From assembly GCA_951406725.2 (NCBI GenBank), contig OX597823.1, positions 113,398,001-113,462,000 on the forward strand: DNA of 64,000 bases, in the 5' to 3' direction. This document shows, in pieces, positions 40,759 through 52,973 of the stretch. The first letter of the stretch is position 1; each line of letters begins with the position of its first letter. Made by a program: the position numbers and the translations under genes. The DNA is from Octopus vulgaris (Eukaryota). The notes under the pieces were generated by a model. The model was given only the letters and a program-made list of their open reading frames with translations, did no database searches and was not told the origin of the DNA.

Positions 40759-42770
40759 TTAGAGAAGGAGCTTCTACAGGACTAGAACTGTTTCATTCAG
40801 ATGAAATCGTCAGGAAGCTTGCTGTCAAAATAAGGTCTGGTATTTATACATTTAGGCAGATTTAATGGGGTGGTGGTGGGGGACGTTTTTTTGGGTAAGT
40901 TGGTATTTAGGAGATAAACAGGGCACAGGCTATTGTTCTTAGGGGAGTGGTCAAAAGGCCAGAGAGTTTTTTGAAATGAGAAGAATCAGTGAGAAAGTAA
41001 ATAAATGAATAAATAGAATAATTGAATAGAATCAGACATATGGGATGGGGTTTTAGGTAAATTAGAAGACAATTGCTTTTTGGTGGTCAAGAGGAGGTAT
41101 TCAGTTTGTTAAGTGGAGGGAAGAAGTAGATACATATACATGAAAAAACATATAAAATAAATATACATACAAACACACATACATACACATGCGAATATAC
41201 ATATATACATACATACGTACGCACATGTATATACATGCAGACAAACACACACACATACAAATACACATACACACACACACATATATATATATATACGTAT
41301 ATATACACACACATATATATATATATATACACATATACACATACATATACATACACACACACACACGCACATATATATATACACATACACATATACCCAT
41401 ATATACATACACACATATATATATTTTTTCCTCTCATCTGCCTCCCTTATTTTTATTTTTATTTTTATTTTCTCTTTTCTCTATTTGTCTCTTTTTATAT
41501 GTGCATTTGCGTTTATATATGCGGGCATATATCTATGTGTGTGTTCATGTGTACAGATGTATATTTATATATGTGTTTATGTGTGCATAGTTATGTATAA
41601 GTTTATATGAACGTGGGTACATTTATGGATGTATGCATATGTGTATTTGTATGTGTATATATATGTATATATGGATGTATATGTATGTGTAAGTGTATAT
41701 ATATATGTATGTATTGGAAGGCTTGGAGATGATGTACAGGTATTATATATGAGAAGAAATGAGGTAATCAGAAGATCGGATGGTTCATATTTACAGATAT
41801 TCATTTATATATTACATTTTTTACATATATATCATATCATTCAGATCATATCATTCAGATAATTAGCGCTTCCTCCCATTCTAGTGGGGTTTTCAAATCA
41901 AAATAATTCCTTATAGAGTTTCATAGTGGTCGGGAGGTATAAGACAGCATAAGAGGGTAAAGTAGATGAGGAAATGAGAGAGAGAACATGTGTGTATGCG
42001 TATGAGTGTGTGTGTGAGTGTGTGCGTGTGTGCGTTTGTATCTGAGGCTAAAGAGAAATGGGGGAAGGGAGAGGGGAGTAGAAGAAGGACTTCCTTTGGC
42101 CTGCTGGACCCCCAAGGGAGTCCTAAGAATTTTAGCTCTTGTCTATTCTAGTGTCACTGAGTGTGTGTTCGTGGGTAGGCAGGCCATAAATTACACCTTT
42201 TATGATTTTGAGGATGGTCAAATGACATATGGGGTCTAAGAACTCTTCTACTTTGTATGATTGTTCTTGTGGAGGTGTGTGTGTCTCTGTGTGTGTGTGT
42301 GTGTGTGTGTGTCTCTGTGTGTCTGGAGAAGGGGAAAGAGACAAATAGAGATAAGGGAAAATAAAAATAAAAATAAAAATAAGGGAGGAAAATGAGAGGA
42401 AAAAAATATATATGTGTTTATGTATATATGGGTATATGTGTATGCGTATATATATATATATATGTGCGTGTGTGTGTGTGTATGTATGTATATGTATGTG
42501 TATATGTATATATATATATATATGTGTATATATATGTATATATATATGTGTGTGTGTATGTGTATTTGTATGTGTGTGTGTGTTTGTTTGTATGTATATA
42601 CATGTGCGTACGTATGTATGTATATATGTATATTCGCATGTGTATGTATGTGTGTTTGTATGTATATTTATTTTATATGTTTTTTCATGTATATTTATCT
42701 ACTTCTTCCCTCCACTTAACAAACTGAATACCTCCTCTTGACCACCAAAAGGCAATTGTCTTCTAATTTA
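40755..42770 (-). mobile_element. Degenerate Penelope-like element with inverted partial pseudo-LTR
   Basis: Inverted arms 41058-41494 and 42335-42770 contain an ORF-end-like FFPPLNKLNTSS*. The spacer has an RT-thumb-like remnant (HPQN..KGVIYGL). Hammerhead at 40769-40819. Confidence 0.65.
40769..40819 (-). ncRNA. Type I hammerhead ribozyme, all core nucleotides present
   Basis: agcttc CTGACGA t ttca tc tgaa t GAA ACAG ttctagtc CTGT A gaagct: 6-bp stem I, 4-bp stem II, 4-bp stem III, GUA triplet. Confidence 0.8.
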
Positions 42771-42931
42771 AAATATTAAAAATCAACGAAAATGCACATT
42801 GCAAATAAAAAAAGGCTTTTTATGACAGGTAACGACAAATATATACATTTAGATGGAAAGAGCTAGTAATAAGAGTCATAAAAGTCATTATTATGAGATG
42901 ATTATAAGATAATTATAATAAAGTAAGAGAA

Positions 42932-42972
42932 CAAAGCGTACCATGGTTTACGCAAAGCTATTCATCGCTTTG
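42932..42972 (-). ncRNA. Degenerate hammerhead motif
   Basis: caaagc GATGA atagctttgcg TAAAC CATG GTA cgctttg; stem I and the palindromic stem III are retained, the core is mutated. Confidence 0.4.
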
Positions 42973-43006
42973 AAAACACTGACTAATACACGGTATGTAT
43001 ATATAT

Positions 43007-43052
<46 letters not shown>

Positions 43053-43171
43053 TAGATATATATATATATACATACATACACGGTATATATATATATATAT
43101 ATATGAGAATTTTTTGCGTAATGTGATAAAACCCAAGGCTGTATAGATATTAGAGCATTTATTGATAGAAG

Positions 43172-43222
43172 GTCTTACAGCTGTTTCTAGGATATTAAAT
43201 TGTAATATCCCTTCATCTAGAC
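43172..43222 (-). ncRNA. Hammerhead motif with damaged CUGA, in a (TA)n-flanked insert (43105-43335)
   Basis: gtct agATGA a gggatatta caatt taatatcct a GAAAC AGCT GTA agac. Confidence 0.55.
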
Positions 43223-43349
43223 GGTGTGAGAGGAAAAATTAAGTCGTAGTTAGTTTCGATGTGATACAAATAAAGAGTGAGGTGGCGGAAAGAAAATAGA
43301 TGTAAGATATGTATGGGTATTGAATTCCTAAATCATATATATATATATA

Positions 43350-43450
43350 ATGGGACTCGGGTTCTTCTATCAATGAAATATGTTCTTCTTGAATTATTTT
43401 CTTACGATATATATGCCACAAGACCTCCTCCAAACTAGGCACCAAAACCT
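43350..43450 (-). mobile_element. hAT-like transposase fragment
   Basis: RKKIIQEEHISLIEEPESHY, near-identical to the motif at 44360-44420. Confidence 0.5.
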
Positions 43451-43459
43451 AAGCATCTA

Positions 43460-44270
43460 TCGGGTCATCCCATAAGTTCTGACTGATTTTATCCTTTTTA
43501 AAATTGAATGAAATTTAATAGTATCTTAGAATGTCTAATGGAATTAATAATTATTTTAATGTATTTGTGTACATTTAAACTAATTAAATAACATTTTACA
43601 GAATGATAGAATTAAAATTTCTTTGATTAAAAACCTTTCTACCATGGAAGTATCCAAAGAGCATTTGAGGCACATAATGCTTTATGAGTACAAACAAGGA
43701 AAAATCTGCAGCCGAAGCGACTCGAAACATACACTCAGTGTATCGGAAAGAATGCTTGAATGAAAGAACTTGCAGAAGATGGTTTCCAAAATTTAGAAGT
43801 GGAGATTTCAGCCTTGAACATGGAGATAGAACATGACGTCCAGTTGAGTTTCATGATAAGCTCCTTGAGGCATTAATTGTAGATTATCATGCATTATCAG
43901 TTGAAGAATTGGCAATAAAGCTTAGTTCAAGCCATATAACTGTTCATCGTCATTTTCAGCAACTTGAAATGGTTCCTAAACTTGGAAAATGGGTGCCTCA
44001 TGAATTGTCCGAAGGCAACCGCAAATCTCGAGTTGACATCTGATCTTCTCTCCATTCTCACGAACTCATTTCCTCCTGTTTTGATAGACTTGTGACAGGT
44101 GACGAAGAATGGATCTTCTATCGAAATGTTAAACGTCGTAAACAGTCGCTTGGTAAAACGGAAAAGCTCACCACAACCGAGAAAGGAATTTCATGGGAAA
44201 AAGTTCTTCTCTCTATCTGGCTGATCGCAAACGAGTAATTGACTTTGAATTGTTACCACCTAATGCAGCA
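43460..44270 (+). mobile_element. 3'-truncated mariner element with transposase pseudogene
   Basis: TIR-like tcgggtcatcccataagttctg. From the ATG at 43644: MEVSKEHLRHIMLYEYKQGKSAAEATRNI...RWFPKFRSGDFSLE...LGKWVPHELS...LVTGDEEWIFY, with stops. Confidence 0.9.
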
Positions 44271-44354
44271 TCTAAACAGAACGTTCAGTAGTTGGTTAGA
44301 AAGAATCTACCAGGTCACAGTCTACTTCAGCAAAGGATTTTGAACTTATAGCGT

Positions 44355-45033
44355 CAAGATAGCGGGACTCAGGTTCTTCTATCAATGAAATGTGTTCTTC
44401 TTGAGTTGTTTTCTTACGAAATGTTTTTCCCATTTGTTCACTTGTGAGGTGTTTGTCCCTCCTTCAATCAAAATACTCAGTAGTTTATGTGGCCTACTTT
44501 CCTTTTTCAGGGATTTACGTTTTCCAGATCCTTCCCACCCTTCATTTGATCTGTCTGTAAGAAAAAAAAAACATGTGCCAGATGTATTTGTCATTAAGTC
44601 GCTGATGGCCGAACTTGTAAGAAGAGCACCAGCACGGTCTGATAGAGCAGTGCGGTCACAGGCAGAAGCTAGTTCTGAGAATTTCATTCGTTCATTGGTG
44701 CTTTTGAACTTATGTTTTTGTTGACGTCTCTTCGTTTCATGGAAAATGGAATTGGAAGATCTTTATCTTCACCTGTTACTAAAGAATTTCGCAAAAGAAC
44801 ATTGACTCTAAATAATGAATGTAATAAATTACATGAGGAACAGCAAACGTATTATAAGTTGATTTTTCGCTCATTATTCAAAATGCCAAGAGGGTTGCGG
44901 AGCTTGAAGATGCAAATTTAAGAGCTTCAGATTTTAACCCAGATGATGTGAATAAATTTTGCAATAAAAAAATATATTGTTTAAAACATATTTCGATAAT
45001 CTGTTTAAAAAGCCCATTTTTCGCTCCACCCTG
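44355..45033 (-). mobile_element. 5' part of a hAT-like (hATm-type) DNA transposon
   Basis: LASACDRTALSDRAGALLTSSAISDL...YFD.RRDK...QEEHISLIEEPESRY; putative terminus cagggtggagcgaaaaat at 45033. Subfamily assignment is from memory. Confidence 0.55.
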
Positions 45034-46665
45034 TTGTAAAGGGTACCGTTAGTTCTTATAAGTGCATTTCCCATGGTATTGAGTTGCATACAGATTTTTC
45101 CAACCTATTACCATTTCATATTCTTCTTATCTGTTATGGATACTTCCACTTTGGAAAATCCATTTCGAGATATTTGACTTGGTATTTTGACAAAATGGCT
45201 ATGAATATTTCATATGTTGAAATAATCCAAATACAGTGATCTTCCATGGATTCAATACCCAACATCACAGCAAAAATTTACTGTGGATGTGTGGGAATAT
45301 TTGGATCTATTATTCTGAATCTCCTAACAAACTCCTAATGCTTCGGAATGGTATCATTGTTATAAGATACATACGCTTGCAGTAATACCCGACTATCACT
45401 TAATTCCTGCTGTTAGCAATAAACATGATTTCAAACAATCGTAACTATGATAGTTCATTACAAATAAAAATTGTATCCCTAAGTTTAAATGACCATCTGA
45501 TAAGTTATTCATTTCATATAGCGAGTTCAGTCTCATCTCTTTTTGAGTGAAGTATGAGAAGAGATATATCTAAATGTCATTCATGCTAAAACTACATAGA
45601 ATAGTGTATAAATAATAAGTAAAAAGGAGAAATACTCACCCTCTACAGGGGAATATATGTAACAATTCGGCTGTAGCAGTCTTCATTAGTATATCAATTT
45701 AAAAAAATTAAGTTACGATAACATTGGGAATCTAAATTAGCTAGTGATTATCTTTCAGCAATAATTAATTCGCTGGAGAATTATGTGTTTGGTACTTTTA
45801 AATTCCGAAAGAAATAAAGAAGTCTAATAGACGAAGTAAAAGAGTTCGAAGCGTTAAAGTACGTAGTTCTGTTTTCAGGAGAAAAAAATTATAATCTTCA
45901 ACGAATTTTCATGTAATTCTAATTTGAGAACGAAAACACAACACTATACAATTCTAGCAACAGCGTTGTCAAAACTGCAAGTACAATGTCTTTCGTAGAA
46001 AATACTTACTGTACAAAGTAAGGCTGTGGTCTATATAGCCCAATTATATATCGATTCCTAAAAGTCTAAATCCAATTTTAATGTCATTTGGATTTTTACA
46101 GACGAGATGAAAAAAATATATATTTATATATAAAGAAAAACAGTCTATTTACTGGTCTACTTAATCTGCCTTGTAATTGCTGAAGATATTCCTGATACAA
46201 CAGGGACTGCTGCTTTGTTAGTATTGCTTATAACTTTGCAATAATTAATACTACTATTTAATTTTTACATTGGAATAATAAAGGAGAGTGAATGCGAAAA
46301 AGTTAATAAGAGTTAATAAGTGAATACGAAATGATATGTATTTCAGATTCATCTGGTACAGTTTTCAAATTGCCCCACGGAATAATTATTTTAGTTAAGA
46401 AATCCTAATGACATAAGAACGGTTACGTAACATAAAATGGCGAACAGGTATCATTATTTTTGTGCCGAACTCAATGTCTCGAGTCATCAGTTTTGAATCT
46501 CTGCCTTCTAAAATTGTATCATTTCGAAATTAACTTTGTCTTCCGGCTTTTCAGGATTTATAAAATATAACGATGCAGTGTTGGGAGTGGATTGTGGGAA
46601 TGAAAGAATAATTGGCTGGATTCGTTACATATCTTGCTGAAATTCCAATTAGGTACCCCTATGTG

Positions 46666-46732
<67 letters not shown>

Positions 46733-46816
46733 GTGTGTGTGTGTTTGTGTGTGTGAGTGTGTGTGTGAATGTCTGTGTCTGTCTGTGTGTGTCTTTGTGT
46801 TTTCATGTTGGGATTA

Positions 46817-46865
<49 letters not shown>

Positions 46866-46868
<3 letters not shown>

Positions 46869-47067
46869 TGACAAAATTTGAGGACTGACCAATAAAAAAA
46901 AAGGACAGCCTATGTGCTACATATAGATGTCAAAGTCGCCATTTTCCACGAAGAATGTGTTCTCAAGAAAAAATTCAGCAAAAGAGACAAAATGTAAAAA
47001 TGAGCAAGGCAAATGAAAATATACCAAATAAAAAACGAATTACCTATGTGGTTCATGGTTAGCTATT

Positions 47068-47113
<46 letters not shown>

Positions 47114-47310
47114 CAAGGAAGAGGCTAGAAACAAGTATGCTGATGTAAACGAGACAGTTGAGAAAAATACAGGAGAAGGAATTTTTTTTTTTAGTGGTCA
47201 GTCCTTTAAATTTTGTATGTAAAAAAAAATTAATCTTCGGATTTCATTTTAAATATGTTAGGCCACTGGTTTTAATTGATTAATATCAATTTCTACCCTT
47301 ATTTAATTTT
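46866..47310. repeat. (TA)n-flanked insert with an approximately 32-bp inverted repeat
   Basis: acaaaatttgaggactgaccaataaaaaaaa (46871) pairs with ttttttttagtggtcagtcctttaaattttgt (about 47184-47216). Confidence 0.55.
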
Positions 47311-48954
47311 ATATATATATATATACACACTCAGGGAATGGAGTAGATAGAATCCAGGTTACATATGTTTCCTATGTAGCAGAACATCTGAAGTAGTAAT
47401 TACCCAAACATGGGCTGATCCACTAGTTACTTATCAGACCAAAGATACCTTAGTCATATGGAAGTTACATTGTCGTCAAGGGATGACGTGTTAACTGGAA
47501 GTTATGGTACAGGCACACACAAACATCTATACATATCGTTTTAAGATGCATCTTGCGAATGTTACGCGATGCACACTCAGTGATGTTTCTGGTGCTTCCG
47601 AGGGTATCAGGTTTACTGTCAGAATGCTTACACATCGTTTCCGCTCATGAAATTTTCCTTAGATGCTTTTGGTATGTCTAATATTAAGATGGATTAAATA
47701 GAAAACATTTCTGCAAGGATTCGGGTACCGATGGAATCATAACCACAGCTGCTAAGTTTTATCTGCAAAGTTTTGCCGCCATTTTCCCACCTGTGTTCTT
47801 CATTACATTTTCAGCATCGTCACTACTACACGGTCATTGCAATGTCCACTACCCTAACATTTCTTTATCTCTATGACCGTATACTACCCCGAAGATCATT
47901 ACACCCACTACAACTACCACTATCACGAGCACTTATAATACTGCTAACACAATCAACATTCTGTCCATAAATACCTCAACAAATGCCCGATTTACTTCAG
48001 CTTAAATTCGTTTCCTTATTTCTTAACATTTTCACATTCACATATTCAAATTATTCACTAAATGTCCCCCTGATTTCATTTTCAAAACACAAAATAAAAT
48101 TCATCAAAATAAAAATAAAATATTTCAAGATTAGAGCAAACTAAATTGGTAGGTTTAATGTTACCTATTAAGTTGTAGCTATGTACTTTTTACCATTAAG
48201 TTCGATCGTTTTAAAATCTTTTAATATAAGAAATTCTTTAAATAGATCACTACTTTCTTCCTGGTGATTGATGATAAATTTCAGCTGAATAGGATGAAAT
48301 AAATTTTCTCTAAACTACTTGCTAAATTTACCAATATCCGTTGCTTAACGTTCTTAATTTTGTTTTCTTCATTTCGCAATAGCTCTGTCAATAATTATCT
48401 TATCTAGAACTAAATTTACTAGACGTTTTCAAAATAAGGTTTGAGAGAGCTTTAGTTGTTGTTGTGAAAGTCAGTTTAGTTGTTGTAGCGAAAAGATGAA
48501 TCATTTCCAATACTCCAAAGGAAATGTAAACGTAAAAGAAAAGTTTCGATGCTTCTTTTACCCCAGAAATCAAATCTAAAAGTGAACATAATTCTATAAA
48601 CAGTAAAAGACGTTCAATCGTAGATACCATCTGTACATTTAATATCATTTGCGAATATTTGATTCAGTAGAAAAGTTTTTAAACAAGCTGTGTCTTTTTG
48701 TTAGCGACGAACGGAAAACGGATTGATTTCCAGTTTTATCGTAACACCTCGCATCCTGATTCCATCTTTTTCGAACTCCATTGCATACAATACTTTTCTT
48801 CGAGACAGTTTGTGGCAACTTTGCTAAGATGCTAATTTGATACTGATATTTATGTATACTTACATGAATATATATGTATGTGTGCGAGTGTGTGTGTGTG
48901 TGATCTGCATGGATATATATATATATATGTATATATATATAGAGAGAGATATAT

Positions 48955-49030
<76 letters not shown>

Positions 49031-49117
49031 GGAAATTTTACGAAAATAAACAAAAGACGAAGGCAGGTGGAGTACAAAGAAACAAATGTATTAGTATAGC
49101 GCTCAGAAAGAGAAAAG

Positions 49118-49155
49118 TCTTTTGCGTTTCGAGCCTACGCTCTTCAACAGAAAGA
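49118..49155 (-). ncRNA. Minimal hammerhead-like motif in a 145-bp (TA)n-flanked insert (49027-49172)
   Basis: tcttt CTGtTGA a gagc gtag gctc GAAAC GcA aaaga; two core substitutions. Confidence 0.5.
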
Positions 49156-49167
49156 TACACAGAAAAA

Positions 49168-49210
<43 letters not shown>

Positions 49211-49764
49211 GTTACATTCGCAAATGCATATATATACATACACACACACACACATATATTTATATATACATGTGTATGTATTATGTATGTTATTGTGTGT
49301 GTATCCACAAATCTTACACCAATTGTTCATTTCCGACAATTCTTTTCGTTTGCACACATTTCTCGATCTTTGAAGAAGATTTTACAAATGCGAGGTCCCA
49401 CGCTTCAAGTAGCAGGCATGTTCAATTTAAATTTTCTTCTTTGAATCAAAAAGGTAGTCGTTTGCAAAAGGCCACCACAAGACATCTCGTCGGATGCTTG
49501 AATCTTACTTTTTGATCAATACGAAAAAGAAGACAGCTAAAGTTCACTTCTACCTGACCCTTACTTAGACCCTAACTGTATTAATAACACTCAGCTTCAC
49601 ATCCAACTCTCCAATGACACCTAGTATACGTGTATGTTTGGTATGCGGGTAAGTAATTATGAGTCCAATAAAGACGTGTTTACCTGATTGTATCTTTCAT
49701 CAAGAATAAATGAAAATATCTACACTTCTTACTGTCGTATATATGTGTGTATATATATGTGTGT

Positions 49765-49995
49765 AGGTGTGTGTATATATTTGTGTGTCTGCCCCCCCCC
49801 CCAATATCACTTGACAACCGATACTGGTGTGTTTACGTCTCCGTAACTTTGCGGTTCGGCAAAACACATCGATAGAATAAGTACTAGGCTTATAAAGAAT
49901 AAGTCATAGGTTCGATTTGCTCGAATAAAGGCGGTGCTCTAGCATGGCCACAGTGAAATAACTGAAACAATTAAAAGGGTAAAAGAGTAAAAGAG
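49765..49995 (+). mobile_element. SINE 3' portion
   Basis: cttgacaaccgatactggtgtgtttacgtc...agcatggccacagtgaaataactgaaac...(taaaagag)n tail. Confidence 0.6.
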
Positions 49996-51157
49996 TATAC
50001 CCGGCAAACCTGGCTGCCTAACGTGCAATATAAAATAATTTTTTTCCGGTTAACGTAATTCGATGCGAAAATATCCACAACTTTCATCCCCAATAAACCA
50101 CTATTGTTCCTGAAAGTTGGTTTTTATCTTTCTTACGGATTCCTTGAAGCTAACTTTCTTCCTACAACTCGATCCTTCCATCTTAGATTTATACATACAA
50201 ACACACACAAGCACACACACACACACACAGACACAAATATATGTTTTGTGCATATTTGTTTGCGTGTGTATGGCAATAAAAATAGTGACTCAGGCAGATT
50301 ATCGAGTAGAATCTACAGAATGCACCTTTCAGTGGGGTTACTATTATGTAGGCTTCGAATTGTTCAAGAATCACAACTGTGGAGTATATGATAATTAATA
50401 TAATTCAGAATTGAGAAGTAAAAGAAAATATTCATTCAATGTGTGCACAGCCGTTTCGTAATCCATATTCAGTTACATAATCGACACCAGTTATGGGTTG
50501 CATACTAATTGTATACACTACAAAACAACCCATATATATATGAGCATACATGTAAATTTACAAGCATAATTGTATGATACAACAATAAAGCTTTGAACAA
50601 AAATCGGTGGCATGAAGTCTTCCTACAAACTTCAACAGTGTTTATTGATTGGTCTTCTACTATTATTTCAATACTCCTACTACGATTACTACATTTATAA
50701 TACTCAGCAAACCAAATCTAAAAGGTGAATCGCATGTATTTCTGTATCTTCTATTATAAATCTTATTAGATTCGGCTAACCATATCAACGTGTTTATAAT
50801 CCAAGATACATCTAACATTGTCTATTTGTGCAAATTATATGTACATATTACCAGCCAGCGTAAATCTATATTTATCACCCAATATTGAGATAGTTGTGTG
50901 TGACCTTATTCTAAATGTTTGGTTCCCCTTATCCGTTTTATTCCTTGTGTTTATCGGATTTATATGTGGGCGTAAAATTTGTATAAACATTTATATGGAA
51001 ATGTTGAGAAGAGTTAAATGTATATGGTCGTCTGTGTGTAGTAGTCTGCATGTTTAGACTTCGACTAGGTGGGTATATGTTTATGCATGTGTACATATAT
51101 CTGCTGTATATATTTGTATACGGTTAGATGTTTCAGCGTATATGTATGAATATTCTT

Positions 51158-51361
51158 TTCTATTCTAGGCACAGAGTCCAAATTTTGGGGGAGGGGGCAA
51201 GTAGATTAGATCGACCCCAGTACGTAACAGATATTTAATTTTTCGACCACGAGGGATGGAAAGCAAAGTCGACCTCGGCTGAATTTGAACTCAGACCGTA
51301 AATGCAGACGAAATACGACTACGCATTTCGCCCGGCGTGCTAACGTTTCTGCCAGCTCGCC
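51158..51361 (-). mobile_element. SINE copy (tail type B)
   Basis: Reverse complement of the family head gcgagctggcagaaacgttagcacgccggg; tail ctctgtgcctagaatagaaa. Confidence 0.8.
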
Positions 51362-52208
51362 GGCTATGTATATGTATATGTATGAATATTATTGTTGGTA
51401 TGCGTGTTTGTATGAATATGTATGGATATGTGTAGACGTGTGCGCGTGCAGTGCTTGTTTGTATATGAGTGTAGCCTGAAATTTGAAACCGCTCGTGTGT
51501 GACACTCAGATTATCGTATCCACTTGTCTTCACTTCTTTCAGTAGATTCGGTTCTGCTGGCCCCACCCTGCTCTCTAATATCTCACAAATTTTGATCCTT
51601 CGGGCAACAAAATCTTCCCGTCACTGTATCCTTCCTCTTCTCCCCTTGTGAGTATAGTATGGGGCCAAATTTGCGTAACAAATGATTGCTTCGAAATTTT
51701 AATGATTATATATTTAGTTTGTATTTACATAAAAAATTTGACTATATGATTCATCACCGATAAACATAATGGGGTGTATCTAAAAACTCGTTTTATTGCT
51801 GGGGATGGGATGATATGGAGAATTAATCTATCGTAACTCTAAAGAAAATTACTCTACTTTAACACCATTTCTGAATTCTATTTACTATTCCTGTGCGTTT
51901 CTGCATTTTGTGTATTTATTCTTATTTTCCCATTTCTTTATTTTTTTAGTTGTCTTCTTAATGTCTTTGTTTTTTTCAACGCTTTACTTACTGCTATTTT
52001 GAATTTATAATTTTCCGACTTCATTTTTATAATTTTGGTATTTGTGATGATATATTTCCGTTCAATAGGCCTTTCTGAAATCTAAAAGCGTACGGTGTAT
52101 ACAAGAGCATTTTCCCAATCATGCTAGTATATAAATTAAGTCAACCTGACTGCATACGATACAATTAAATACTGAATGCCACTAAAATGCTTGAAGAGTA
52201 CGACTGTT

Positions 52209-52263
<55 letters not shown>

Positions 52264-52269
52264 TATACA

Positions 52270-52901
52270 CATTTTTTACATATATATATTATGTACTGAT
52301 CCGTGATAGAACATTAACAAACTAATACTCCATCTGGTGAGAGATAGTTATTATTTATTTAAAGGTCACAATACATATATCACAGCGCTATTAATAGCTT
52401 TAGTGGCGTGAGAGAACCCACACATATTCTTCAGGCGCAAACCAAATATCGTAATGAGATGAAGAAAGTGGATTTTAGAAGAAACGTGAAAATAACTGAG
52501 AAGGCAGCATATAGAAAACGCAGATAGAAAGCAAGGGAAAACTAAATAGCTAGATAGGAATCTCCAACTAGCAGGCCATGCTACACCAGACAGATGACGA
52601 GCAAAAACTCAGAAACTAGTCTCCAGTCGCAGAGTTAGCTGGGTGGATGTGCTTGTCTCCCCTTGTAAGCATAAGGACGCAGGGAATGTGTTAAAGCCGA
52701 CAGGAAGCGTTGATGCTTCCTAGGGCTAAATAGCAGTCGTGTGATTCCCTTCATGGGACTGTCACATTCAACTGACAGTATACAACTACTCTATCTTACC
52801 ACTACTGCATATATCTCTCTGAGATTGTTAGAAATGTATACTAGCTCCAGGTCCTCGCGTTGTTGTGTTTTCTCTTTGTATTTTCAGGTTTTGGATTAAC
52901 T

Positions 52902-52905
<4 letters not shown>
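52270..52905 (-). mobile_element. (TA)n-flanked probable PLE-derived insert
   Basis: Shares actgctatttagccctagg..atcaacg with 1618-1650. Hammerhead-like gcgc CTGAAGA...TAAAG ctattaatag cgc at 52385-52438. Confidence 0.45.

Positions 52906-52967
<62 letters not shown>

Positions 52968-52973
<6 letters not shown>

Noticed and set aside
46425-46460. aaaATGGCGaacag|gtatc, resembling a first coding exon or YY1 motif
   Set aside because: A single short motif with no supporting downstream exon.
45040-47740. Possible ancient LINE traces (LSDSRVLLQA near 45390; RLE-like near 47500-47700)
   Set aside because: Similarity is too weak to support by eye.
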